From Segetibacter koreensis (GTDB lineage Bacteria > Bacteroidota > Bacteroidia > Chitinophagales > Chitinophagaceae), in contig JBIQMJ010000001.1 in assembly GCA_044463445.1 (NCBI GenBank), forward strand, positions 1 through 48,901: DNA of 48,901 nucleotides, written 5' to 3'. Both the position numbers and the translations under genes were made by a program. The notes under the pieces were generated by a model that saw nothing but the letters and a program-made list of their open reading frames with translations, made no database searches and was not told the origin of the DNA. This document shows, one piece after another, positions 18,951-28,462 of the stretch. Within the stretch, counting starts at the first letter, position 1. The number at the start of each line of letters is the position of its first letter.

Positions 18951-20750
18951 ATGAAAAAATCATTACTGCTTCTAATTACATTAACCGCCTTTTCTTTTAA
19001 TTCTTCTTTTTCCCAAAACTATAGTATTGTCATTAAAGGAGGCCATGTGATTGACCCAAAAAATAATATTGACGAAGTAATGGATGTGGCTATTGACAGC
19101 GGAAAAATAAAATTGGTGGCAAAAAATATCAGCGCTGCCAATGCATCGCAGGTTGTCAATGCCGAAGGAATGTATGTTACACCCGGATTAATAGACATTC
19201 ATACCCACGATTTTTGGGGCACAGAACCCAACCATCAATATGAAAATGGAAACCTGGCCATACAACCCGATGGATTTACATTTCGCAATGGCGTAACTAC
19301 TATTGTAGATGCCGGAAGTTCCGGCTGGCGCACCTTTCCCACTTTTAAAGCACAGACCATCGATGTATCGCAAACGAGAGTTCTTGCTTTTCTAAATATC
19401 GTAGGCGAAGGCATGCGGGGCGGTTATGAACAAAACGAAAATGACATGGATCCGAAGATGTCGGCACTGGTTGCGAAACAATATAAAAATATAATTGTTG
19501 GATTTAAACTGGCCCACTATGAAGGTTATGACTGGACACCAACCGACCGTGCCGTTTTAGCCGGAAACCTGGCGGGTGGCCTTCCGGTAATGGTGGATTT
19601 CGGCGGAAGTAAACCGCCTCTTTCCCTGGAAGAATTATTTTTAAATCATCTGCGCCCGGGCGATATTTTCACCCACTGCTTTGCACAATTAAGCAGCAGG
19701 GAATTTATTGTAGATACCGCCACCAATAAAGTAAAACCTTTCGTGTGGGAAGCCCACAAAAAGGGAATTATTTTCGATGTAGGCTATGGCGGAATCAGCT
19801 TTGCCTATTCGCAGGCCATCCCCGCGATCAAAGAAGGTTTTTATCCCAATTCCATCAGCACTGACCTGCATGTAGGCAGTATGAATGCCGCCATGAAGGG
19901 AATGCTTACTACCATGTCAAAATTCCTTGCAATGGGAATTGATTTGAAAACGGTTATTACTGAGAGTACCTGGAATCCGGCCAAAGAAATCAACCACGAA
20001 GAATTGGGAAACTTATCAGCAGGCGCAGGTGCAGACGTGGCCATACTTAGTATGAGAGAAGGCAAGTTCGGCCTCTTTGATTATACCGGCTATAAACAGG
20101 AAACCGATAAAAAGCTCGAGTGCCAAATGACGATCCGCGATGGCAGAATTGTTTATGACCTGAATGGAATTGCCAACCCCATAATTGCACCGCATCATCC
20201 TTTGCCTGTTGTGGCGAATGCCACCAATAATTTTTCGGAATGGTTTAAAACAATTCCTTCAAAAAATGGCTTACCACTTACGCCCAGCAAAAGCATTAAT
20301 GAAGAGGAATTCTTCAGGCAATATCGTAAAAATAACACCTGGTGGGAGGAAGCTTTTACCTTCTTGAAAACAATGGATTTGGCCCAGCTCAAGCCCGGCG
20401 TGTATGTGATTGATTCAGGAAATGTAATAGCAACCGTTTCGCAAGGCCCGACTAAAAATAAAGAAGAGGTGCAGTGGGAGGCTCATCGCAATTTTAATGA
20501 TATTCAATACATCATAAAAGGAAAAGCCCAAATGGGTGTAGCACCTAGCGCTGACATCAGGGCTGTGCTCACCCATCCCTACACGAATGCAAAAGATAAC
20601 ATGAATTTTACCAATGATGGCGGCGAATATTTTGAGGCAGATCCATCCACGTTCTTTATTTTTTCACCGCAGGAAATGCACAGGCCTGCTATCAAAGTTC
20701 CGGGAAGTGATAATGTGAAAAAAATAGTGATCAAGGTAAGGGTTCCATAG
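18951..20750 (+). CDS. exported metallo-amidohydrolase/deacetylase (EF_0837-like) fused to C-terminal YhcH/YjgK/YiaL domain
   Basis: PGLIDIHTH, GVTTIVDAGSSG, GFK, GDIFTHC, ISTDLH; C-terminal WEAHRNFNDIQY and FFIFSPQEMHRP...KKIVIKV; Sec signal SFS-Q. Confidence 0.85.
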   Translation: MKKSLLLLITLTAFSFNSSFSQNYSIVIKGGHVIDPKNNIDEVMDVAIDSGKIKLVAKNISAANASQVVNAEGMYVTPGLIDIHTHDFWGTEPNHQYENGNLAIQPDGFTFRNGVTTIVDAGSSGWRTFPTFKAQTIDVSQTRVLAFLNIVGEGMRGGYEQNENDMDPKMSALVAKQYKNIIVGFKLAHYEGYDWTPTDRAVLAGNLAGGLPVMVDFGGSKPPLSLEELFLNHLRPGDIFTHCFAQLSSREFIVDTATNKVKPFVWEAHKKGIIFDVGYGGISFAYSQAIPAIKEGFYPNSISTDLHVGSMNAAMKGMLTTMSKFLAMGIDLKTVITESTWNPAKEINHEELGNLSAGAGADVAILSMREGKFGLFDYTGYKQETDKKLECQMTIRDGRIVYDLNGIANPIIAPHHPLPVVANATNNFSEWFKTIPSKNGLPLTPSKSINEEEFFRQYRKNNTWWEEAFTFLKTMDLAQLKPGVYVIDSGNVIATVSQGPTKNKEEVQWEAHRNFNDIQYIIKGKAQMGVAPSADIRAVLTHPYTNAKDNMNFTNDGGEYFEADPSTFFIFSPQEMHRPAIKVPGSDNVKKIVIKVRVP

Positions 20751-20832
20751 AATTTTAAGACAATGATTTGCAGCAAAAACCTGAATAAAAATCTTTGGTA
20801 TTTTTTTGTTTCCTGTCAAATTAATTATAACC

Positions 20833-21762
20833 ATGCAATTTTATAAAACCATTATCGGGCTGCTTTTATCATGCGTTTTTTCTTTCGTTGGTGCCCGTGC
20901 CCAAACCATTTCGAGAGATGAAATGATTTTTCTTACTTCCCAGTGGAAAGGCGAACGATTTGCCGATGGCCGTCCCAAGGTTCCGGATGATCTGCTAGTG
21001 AGGGCGCGAAATATTGGTATTGATGATGCCTGGACCGTGTTGAAAAACTTAGGATACACCAATCAGTTTGAAGGCGGCTGGAAAATGGTAAATGATAGTA
21101 TTCCTGTTATTGGCCGGGCAGTTACGGCCATGTTTCTTCCTTCCCGCCCTGATGTAGAAAAAAATATTAAAGAGCGCGGTATAAAGGAAGGCCGTAAAGG
21201 CAATACCAATTCATGGCCGATTGATATACTTATCAAAGGGGACGTGTATGTGGCAGACGGCTTTGGAAAAATTGCAGGGGGCACACTCATTGGAAGTACA
21301 CTTGGAAATTCCATTTACAGCAAATCCGGCAATGGCGTAATTTTTAACGGTTCAGCCCGCGACCTGGAAGGCCTGTCCGAAATAAAAGGATTTAATGCTT
21401 TTGTGCGCGATTTTCATCCATCCTTTTTGGAAAATATGGTGTTGATGGGACTTAATACCCCAATTTGTATCGGGCAGGCCATCGTCTTGCCCGGTGACCT
21501 GGTGATTGCAGACCGGGAAGGAGTTCTTTTTATCCCCGCTCAGTTGGCTGACCTGGTTATCAGCACTTCAGAATTTGTGGTTTTAAAAGATAAATTTGGT
21601 TTTGAAATGGTCAAAACCAATAAATATTCAACCGGCCAGATCGATAGCCAATGGACAGAGGATATCAAAGCAGATTTCCTAAAATGGCTGGGCCAGCATC
21701 CTGAATTAGGAAAAATGACCAAAGAAAAACTGGATGAAATTATGAGTAAAAGAACGTGGTAG
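20833..21762 (+). CDS. RraA-like/HMG-CHA aldolase family exported protein
   Basis: GRAVTA, GDVYVAD, IGSTLG, GSARD, PGDLVIADREGVLFIP; signal peptide ARA-Q using ATG 20833. Confidence 0.85.
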   Translation: MQFYKTIIGLLLSCVFSFVGARAQTISRDEMIFLTSQWKGERFADGRPKVPDDLLVRARNIGIDDAWTVLKNLGYTNQFEGGWKMVNDSIPVIGRAVTAMFLPSRPDVEKNIKERGIKEGRKGNTNSWPIDILIKGDVYVADGFGKIAGGTLIGSTLGNSIYSKSGNGVIFNGSARDLEGLSEIKGFNAFVRDFHPSFLENMVLMGLNTPICIGQAIVLPGDLVIADREGVLFIPAQLADLVISTSEFVVLKDKFGFEMVKTNKYSTGQIDSQWTEDIKADFLKWLGQHPELGKMTKEKLDEIMSKRTW

Positions 21763-21994
21763 CTTGTTATAAAATTTCTTACCTGTAACCGAAGAAATTC
21801 CCGGAATTCCTTTACTAAAAAATAAACGATAAGGAAAACCTTCTATTATTTTATACTTATTTGAACAGATTCTCCGGCCTTAAAGCAATAACTTTGGCCG
21901 CCAGCTTTCAGTTAAGGTGTGGTTTATTTTTAAATTAATAACTTGGCGGAAATAGTAGGAAAAAAATTTATTTAATAACTCAAAAATTATAACA

Positions 21995-22867
21995 GTGAAA
22001 ATTAATGTCAGTTTAATTATTGCGGCTGCAGTAATGGTTTGTACTACCAGTTGTGTAAGTACGAAAAAATTTAACGCACTCTATTCCAATTACAATAAAG
22101 TAATGGACAGGAATAGCGAGTTAACCCGCGAAAGCGAAGAATGTAAAGGCAATCTGGATCATGCAAATGTGGTAATTTCAGGTTTGCGCGATCAGCTAAA
22201 TGCCGAACGCAATCACGTAAAATCATTACAGAACGCCCTTGATAAATGCCTTACCTCTGCCAGCCAGGGCAATGTGAATGTTTCCAAACTGGTGGATGAG
22301 ATAAACGCCTCCAACAAATACATCCAGGAACTCATCGCCTCAAAAAGCAAAAGCGATTCATTGAATATGGTTCTTACTAATAATCTTACAAGATCGTTAA
22401 GCAGAGATGAAATGCAGGATGTAGATGTAAAAGTGCTGAAAGGTGTAGTTTACATTTCTTTATCAGACAATATGCTTTACAAATCCGGCAGCTATGAAAT
22501 TTCAGATAAGGCAAATTCTACCTTGTCAAAAATTGCAAAAATCATTACCGATTACAAAGACTATGACGTTTTGATAGAAGGTAACACTGATAATGTTCCC
22601 ATCTCAAAACCCAACATTCGTAACAACTGGGACCTCAGCACTCTGAGAGCCTCTTCTGTGGTACAGGCCTTACAAAATAATTTTGGTGTAGACCCCAAAC
22701 GTCTTACTGCCGGCGGCCGTGGAGAATATAATCCTATCGCTTCCAATGCCACACCTGAAGGAAAGTCTCAAAACAGGCGTACCGAAATTATCATTACACC
22801 TAAGCTTGACCAGTTCATGGATCTGATTGGAAAAGCGCCCGTTTCCGATTCAACCAGTACCCAATAA
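21995..22867 (+). CDS. OmpA/MotB-family lipoprotein
   Basis: TSC lipobox, coiled coil, IEGNTD, NWDLSTLRA, NRRTEIII. Confidence 0.9.
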   Translation: MKINVSLIIAAAVMVCTTSCVSTKKFNALYSNYNKVMDRNSELTRESEECKGNLDHANVVISGLRDQLNAERNHVKSLQNALDKCLTSASQGNVNVSKLVDEINASNKYIQELIASKSKSDSLNMVLTNNLTRSLSRDEMQDVDVKVLKGVVYISLSDNMLYKSGSYEISDKANSTLSKIAKIITDYKDYDVLIEGNTDNVPISKPNIRNNWDLSTLRASSVVQALQNNFGVDPKRLTAGGRGEYNPIASNATPEGKSQNRRTEIIITPKLDQFMDLIGKAPVSDSTSTQ

Positions 22868-22895
22868 GCATTCAATTTAATAATTGCTAAAAGCG

Positions 22896-22934
22896 AAAAA
22901 GCATTTATGATCCTTAAATCATAAATGCTTTTTT
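22896..22934. terminator. bidirectional intrinsic terminator
   Basis: Perfect 16-bp stem AAAAAGCATTTATGAT / ATCATAAATGCTTTTT with a 6-nt loop, between convergent genes. Confidence 0.85.
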
Positions 22935-23007
22935 ATTAAAATGAGGTTTACCTGCCGTTTTTCGCAGTAAAGCAATAAATAAAAACAATTTTTATTTCCG
23001 GATTTTT

Positions 23008-23652
23008 TTACAAAAGATCGTAATCCAAAATACGCCGCAGGTATCTCCTGTCCTGTATGATCCAGGTTACTTCATAGCTTCCTTTCCTGTCTCTTGAAAA
23101 CAAATAAATATATACGCGCTGTCCTGTTGTTGAAATATAAACCGCGTCAGTAGTGCGTTCTACGCCTTTATCCAGGTAGGTAAAATTTAAATTGAACAAA
23201 TCTTTATACGCCGTTTCAGGAATGGCAATGGTGTCGCCACGAATGATCAGCATGACATTGCTAATCTCCGTTTTGGGAATTTTTCCAAATTCCCCGCCAT
23301 AATAGGGTTTCCGGTCAATTCTTACTAAATATTTCTCATCATAACTCAATTTGTGTTTGGAAGGATCGAATGCGGCAGTGGTCACTTTTGCTTTTATTCC
23401 TTTGCCTTCAAAAACTATAGAATCTTTTCCCAGTGAAGTATAAGAAACTTTTTCCAAAGGCGTGGTGGGCGCTCCTTCGCCGATTCCGGCTAATGTAAAT
23501 GTGGCCAGCTCGGCCCTGATGCCCGGAGTACGAAATCTTTCAAAAGATTCAGTTTTTCTGCGCGAATCCGGAATTTCATCACTCTGTGCAAATGCCTGTG
23601 CCGCAAAAAAAATTGCCGAGGTTATAATGATCAGTGGTTTGGCTCTCTTCAT
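23008..23652 (-). CDS. hypothetical exported protein
   Basis: 214-aa ORF with signal peptide AFA-Q; family not recognised. Confidence 0.75.
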   Translation of the reverse strand: MKRAKPLIIITSAIFFAAQAFAQSDEIPDSRRKTESFERFRTPGIRAELATFTLAGIGEGAPTTPLEKVSYTSLGKDSIVFEGKGIKAKVTTAAFDPSKHKLSYDEKYLVRIDRKPYYGGEFGKIPKTEISNVMLIIRGDTIAIPETAYKDLFNLNFTYLDKGVERTTDAVYISTTGQRVYIYLFSRDRKGSYEVTWIIQDRRYLRRILDYDLL

Positions 23653-23670
23653 CGATTAATTCATTGAAAA

Positions 23671-24120
23671 TTATTGTTCCACCTTTGGATAGCCCTTTGC
23701 GATCCAGTCAGTTTTAATATTGTGAGGAAGGTTGAGCAAATGATAATTGGTAAATTTCATTTCCTTCAACAAAGCTATCGCAGGCCTTACATTCGGGCAA
23801 TGATTAAAAGGGCAACATCCGCAATAAATAACAATGTTGGCGTCGCGGGGGACATTGGTTAAAGAATCTTTTAATTTTTCAACATTCTCTTTATGTTCTG
23901 TCATTCCAATATTTATCGAATGCGGAATAACCACACCGGGTCCTACACAATAAATAAGAGGAACATTTTCGTTGGTCTCAAGCGTTTTCGCCAGGTCAGC
24001 CGGTTCAATTAATTGTTCTATCGTCCAATTTTCAGGTTGGGGTTGTTGCGCTTTACATTGCTGAAAACCAAAAAGAAGAAAGGCGAATACAACAGGAAGA
24101 AAGTTTTTTCTTGTTTGCAT
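23671..24120 (-). CDS. rhodanese-like domain exported protein
   Basis: Signal peptide; LIEPADLA, IPHS, IVIYCGCCPFNHCPN, W..KGYP. Confidence 0.75.
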   Translation of the reverse strand: MQTRKNFLPVVFAFLLFGFQQCKAQQPQPENWTIEQLIEPADLAKTLETNENVPLIYCVGPGVVIPHSINIGMTEHKENVEKLKDSLTNVPRDANIVIYCGCCPFNHCPNVRPAIALLKEMKFTNYHLLNLPHNIKTDWIAKGYPKVEQ

Positions 24121-24196
24121 AAAAGGCTTTTTTCAAAAATAAAATAATTTTATTTGGAATTTGGTCAATTAACTTTTTTGAAAAACGAGGCCAATG

Positions 24197-25228
24197 CTAT
24201 TTTGAAATAGTATCGCTACTTTCTATTTGAGCTTTTTCTTTTGGAGCTGCTTTTTCAGCTTTGGCTTTTTTTCTGAAAAAACCCCGAAATAAAAAATTGT
24301 GCTGAACTGCTTCAAGATCATCGTTCAACTTTATACTTGCTGATTGCAGGTTGTGCATAGTGGTCTTTAAAGAAGTGGCGGTTTTTTCATCTCCCAATAA
24401 CATTCCCACAGGGGTATTAGGATTCTTTAAGCCTTCGTTTACGGTATTGGCTGCTCCCTGCAGGCTGCTGATCACTTCATTGGATTTATCAGCCATCTGC
24501 TGCAATTGACCGACTGTGTATCTTAATTTGCTAAAGATCATTGTGTCACTCACCAGGTCGTTGGCTAACGTTCCGGAATCGTTTAGGCGGGCCGTATAAT
24601 GGTTTACATTGGCGGATAATTGCTGAAGATTGGCGGAGGCGTTTTTTAAAATCATCACTGTCGTGGTAAGTTCATCAGCGAAAGTCTCATCTTTCAATAA
24701 CTTGCCAACAGAGCCCTTTCCTTCAGCCATTTGGGTACTAATAATTTTCAGGTTATCGGTAATGGCAAGCAGGTTATCATTGTTCTTCGAAAGAGTAGCC
24801 ATCATTTCGTCGGTGCTTAGAAGCTCATCATTATTAAGGACGTCGCCATCAGATATTTGGGGAGCCTTAGAGTTACCGCCATAGATCTCAATTATTTTAT
24901 TTCCAATCAGCCCGTCTGTAGAAAGTTTGGCTTTTGCATTTTTATGAATGTAAGGAACAGATCTCTCATTGATATTCATATCCACTTCCACCTTGCCTGT
25001 GCCGATCAGGGTTACATTTTCTATCGTGCCGACCTTCACCCCTGAAAACCAGATGTTGTTGCCCTTTTGCAAGCCATTTACGTTTTGAAAAAAAGTTTTT
25101 ATGGCAATCGATCTTTCAAAGGTGTTTTTTTGAGAACCAAGTGTAAGAATGGTCCAGATAAATATGGCGAGGCCAATGACAATAAATATCCCCACAATAA
25201 TTGCTCTTCTGTTTCCGGTTGATCTCAT
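24197..25228 (-). CDS. mlaD: MCE/MlaD family protein
   Basis: N-terminal TM; VNGLQKG..IWFSGVKVG, TDGLIGNKII; long helical tail. Confidence 0.9.
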   Translation of the reverse strand: MRSTGNRRAIIVGIFIVIGLAIFIWTILTLGSQKNTFERSIAIKTFFQNVNGLQKGNNIWFSGVKVGTIENVTLIGTGKVEVDMNINERSVPYIHKNAKAKLSTDGLIGNKIIEIYGGNSKAPQISDGDVLNNDELLSTDEMMATLSKNNDNLLAITDNLKIISTQMAEGKGSVGKLLKDETFADELTTTVMILKNASANLQQLSANVNHYTARLNDSGTLANDLVSDTMIFSKLRYTVGQLQQMADKSNEVISSLQGAANTVNEGLKNPNTPVGMLLGDEKTATSLKTTMHNLQSASIKLNDDLEAVQHNFLFRGFFRKKAKAEKAAPKEKAQIESSDTISK

Positions 25229-25230
25229 AA

Positions 25231-26004
25231 TTAGGTAATAAAATTATATTTATAAAAATGTTGAATTCTTTCATCATCACTGGCAAACACCTCCTCAAAT
25301 GTGCCTTTTTTAATAAATTTTCCATCATATAGCATTGCCACCTTGTCTCCTGTTGTCTTTGCGCACGTAAGATCATGGGTAATTATGATCGAAGTAGTAT
25401 TGAAATTATGTTTAACCTGGTTAATAAGATTATTGATCTCAATACTGGTAATAGGATCCAGGCCGGATGTTGGTTCGTCATACAACATAATTTTCGGTCT
25501 CAGGATCAGCGTTCTTGCAATTCCGATTCTTTTCCGTTGCCCACCTGAAAGCTCCGACGGCATTTGATTGATGGTTTGTGCAAGCCCCACTTCATTTAAC
25601 ACTCTTTCAATCTGTTCTTCAATTTCTTTTTTAGTTAAATGTTTGGCATGCCTTACTAATGGAAAAGCCAGGTTTTCTCTCACGGTCATGCTATCATACA
25701 AAGCGCTGTTTTGAAAGGAAAATCCAATCTGCAACCTAAGTTCCTGCAATTGCTTCCCATTCAGCAATTCTACTTCCTGCCCCAGTACATTTACCTCACC
25801 CCGGTCAGGTTTAAGAAGCCCGCAAATTATTTTGATCAAAACAGATTTCCCGGTTCCTGACCTTCCCAGCACTACTACATTCTCTTTATTATGCACTTCA
25901 AGATCCACGCCGCAAAGCACCTCATTATCACCAAAAGCTTTGTAGAGGTTTTTTATAGAGATCACCAGCTCACCGGAATCATAATTTTTCTTATCCAATT
26001 CCAT
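25231..26004 (-). CDS. mlaF: MlaF-type ABC ATPase
   Basis: GRSGTGKS, FQNSALYDSMTV, LSGGQRKR, DEPTSGLDP. Confidence 0.92.
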   Translation of the reverse strand: MELDKKNYDSGELVISIKNLYKAFGDNEVLCGVDLEVHNKENVVVLGRSGTGKSVLIKIICGLLKPDRGEVNVLGQEVELLNGKQLQELRLQIGFSFQNSALYDSMTVRENLAFPLVRHAKHLTKKEIEEQIERVLNEVGLAQTINQMPSELSGGQRKRIGIARTLILRPKIMLYDEPTSGLDPITSIEINNLINQVKHNFNTTSIIITHDLTCAKTTGDKVAMLYDGKFIKKGTFEEVFASDDERIQHFYKYNFIT

Positions 26005-26798
26005 CAGTATCGTATGCTATTTGTAATTTGTACAATAAGAATTTCTTCGATAAAAATCAGGAACATGGAGAGGACAACAGATAAATTGGCAGCCTTTCCC
26101 ACGCCCTCTGTTCCGTTTTTTGCATGAAACCCCTTATAACAACCCACAATTCCTATGGTGAATCCATACACGATGCTTTTGATCAGCGAGGAAAAAATAT
26201 CCAGAAAAGAAATTTTTTGAAATGCCTGCTGGAAAAAAGTTATAAAGCTGGTCATTTCATTTTGGTGTACATTCAAAAAAGCCCCCATCATGGCCACGAA
26301 ACCGGTGTAACACATGAGCAAAGGAATCATGATCGTTGTAGCCAAAACACGGCTCACCACCAGGAATTTAAAAGGATTTACTGCTGAAACCTCCATAGCG
26401 TCTATCTGTTCGGTTACTTTCATGGAGCCAAGCTCAGCGGCAATATTGGAGCCTACTTTACCCGCACAGATCAACGCAGTAACCAATGGTGCCAGGGCGC
26501 GGATGATTGCAATGGCCACCAGGCTTGGCAACCATGAAGTAGCGCCAAATTCAGATAAAGAAGGCCTCGATTGTTTGGTAAAAACCAGGCCAGTGATAAA
26601 ACCTGTTAATGAAATCAGGAATAAAGATTTATATCCTACCTCATAACATTGTTTAATAACCTCTTTAATTTCATAAGGAGGAACAAAAAGCTCTTTAAAA
26701 AACCTGGCTATAAACTGAAAAGCGGAATAAAAATCAAGAAAGATGGCATCTATCTTTTTTGAAATCAAATTTTTTTCGACCGGTTTAGTATTCATCAT
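26004..26798 (-). CDS. mlaE: MlaE-type ABC permease
   Basis: AELGSMKVTEQIDAMEVSAVNP, GTEGVGKA; start probably ATG 26798. Confidence 0.92.
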   Translation of the reverse strand: MMNTKPVEKNLISKKIDAIFLDFYSAFQFIARFFKELFVPPYEIKEVIKQCYEVGYKSLFLISLTGFITGLVFTKQSRPSLSEFGATSWLPSLVAIAIIRALAPLVTALICAGKVGSNIAAELGSMKVTEQIDAMEVSAVNPFKFLVVSRVLATTIMIPLLMCYTGFVAMMGAFLNVHQNEMTSFITFFQQAFQKISFLDIFSSLIKSIVYGFTIGIVGCYKGFHAKNGTEGVGKAANLSVVLSMFLIFIEEILIVQITNSIRY

Positions 26799-26981
26799 GC
26801 TGACTCTTTCTTTTCTTATTTGCAAAGATGGCTTGTGAAAATTAAAATATAGAAACTTTTTATGTCAGGTCAAAGATCAGGCTAAAAAAATTGTATTATC
26901 TTTTTAAATCAACTAAAAAATAATCGGCTGTTTTTTTGCTATATAAAATAAAACTAATTCAAAAATTAAAAATCAACCATT

Positions 26982-27266
26982 ATGACTCTTTTTGGATTTC
27001 TCATCCTTCTGTTGATTGCCGCTATTTGCGGAGGAATTGGCCAATCCATTGCCGGATACAATGTAGGCGGATGCCTTGTCTCTATTGTTGTAGGTTTTAT
27101 AGGTGCTTATATCGGCCTGTGGGTGGCCACAGAATTGGGGTTGCCCGATTTTTTTACCATAAATATTGAAAGAAAACCCTTCCCTGTTATATGGGCTATT
27201 ATCGGATCAGCAATATTTACCTTTATTGTTGCTTTACTGAGAAGGGCTTTTATAGGACGGCCATAA
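26982..27266 (+). CDS. GlsB/YeaQ/YmgE family small membrane protein
   Basis: Gly-rich 3-TM protein, IVVGFIGAYIG, AIIGS. Confidence 0.85.
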   Translation: MTLFGFLILLLIAAICGGIGQSIAGYNVGGCLVSIVVGFIGAYIGLWVATELGLPDFFTINIERKPFPVIWAIIGSAIFTFIVALLRRAFIGRP

Positions 27267-27269
27267 ATT

Positions 27270-27710
27270 TTATTTTTCTTCCTTTTCAAAACCCAGTACT
27301 ACCGAATTAATACAATACCGCAAACCGGTAGGCAGCGGGCCGTCTTCAAAAACGTGCCCCAGGTGTGAATGGCATTTCCCACATTCAACCTCAGTACGTT
27401 TCATTCCGAAAGAATTATCAGGAAGATAAATAAGGCTTTCTTTTGAGATCGGCTCAAAAAAACTGGGCCATCCGCAACTGCTGTTGAACTTACCATTACT
27501 CCTGAATAATGGATTTCCGCAAACTGCGCAATAATAAGTTCCTACCTCATTATGTTGATAATATTTCCCCGAACCAGGTCTTTCGGTTCCTTTTTCGCGG
27601 GCGATATGATATACCTCTTTTGGTAAAATATTTTTCCAGTCTTCTTTTTTAATTGATGTGGGATTCTGGTCTTCGGTCAAAAATCCTTTTGCATTTTTTT
27701 CTTTTTCCAT
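27270..27710 (-). CDS. msrB: peptide-methionine (R)-S-oxide reductase
   Basis: GTERP, CAVC, GWPSF, CGKC.SHLGHVFEDGP, RYCINS. Confidence 0.97.
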   Translation of the reverse strand: MEKEKNAKGFLTEDQNPTSIKKEDWKNILPKEVYHIAREKGTERPGSGKYYQHNEVGTYYCAVCGNPLFRSNGKFNSSCGWPSFFEPISKESLIYLPDNSFGMKRTEVECGKCHSHLGHVFEDGPLPTGLRYCINSVVLGFEKEEK

Positions 27711-27868
27711 TTGTATTTTTTAAAAAATTGAAACCCAAAATAGCTTTTTGTAAAATTACGAAATCAAAAAAGAATGGTTTTTTAAAAAATATCCTGCTTT
27801 TTATCATACTGTGTGAATTTTTAAAAAGCATCAAGTATATTTGAGGCTCACAAGGATTTTTATAGCCA

Positions 27869-28462
27869 ATGTTTAATCTTATTTTATTTGGCCCACCGGG
27901 CAGCGGAAAGGGAACCCAGTCAGAAAAACTGGTTGCGAAATATCACCTTAAACACATATCTACCGGTGATTTATTAAGAAGTGAGATTTCAGGAAAAACC
28001 TCTTTAGGCCTGGAAGCAAAAAAATATATGGACAAAGGCTTTCTTGTTCCTGACGAGGTGGTAATCGGAATGATCAACGATGCTTTGGATAGCAATCCGG
28101 ATGTTGCAGGATTTTTATTTGACGGCTTCCCCCGCACCGCCATCCAGGCTGAAGAATTGGATGATTTATTAGCCCAAAAAGATACCTGTATCGATGTAAT
28201 GCTTGCCCTTGATGTCAGTGAAGAGGAACTGATAAAAAGGCTGGTAAAACGGGGCCAAACCAGTGGCCGGTCTGATGACAGCAATGAAATGGTAATCAAA
28301 TCCCGGATTGGGGAATACCATAAAAAAACGGCTGCGGTGGCTGATCATTACAAAAAAAAGAAGAAGGTGGAAATGGTAAAAGGAGAGGGAACCATAGAAG
28401 AAATTTTCGCTCGGCTTACCCATGAAATAGACCGGTTAATGAAAACTGATAATTGCATCTGA
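27869..28462 (+). CDS. adk: adenylate kinase (short LID)
   Basis: GPPGSGKGTQ, HISTGDLLR, LVPDE, DGFPRT, GRSDD; TATATTTG -7 element at 27836-27843. Confidence 0.97.
   Translation: MFNLILFGPPGSGKGTQSEKLVAKYHLKHISTGDLLRSEISGKTSLGLEAKKYMDKGFLVPDEVVIGMINDALDSNPDVAGFLFDGFPRTAIQAEELDDLLAQKDTCIDVMLALDVSEEELIKRLVKRGQTSGRSDDSNEMVIKSRIGEYHKKTAAVADHYKKKKKVEMVKGEGTIEEIFARLTHEIDRLMKTDNCI

Noticed and set aside
18951-20750. Calling the amidohydrolase pyrC (dihydroorotase)
   Set aside because: Sec signal peptide, sugar-catabolic context and EF_0837-like motifs; no pyr genes nearby
20833-21762. RraA as an RNase E regulator or menG
   Set aside because: Predicted to be exported, longer than RraA and carrying aldolase-type motifs
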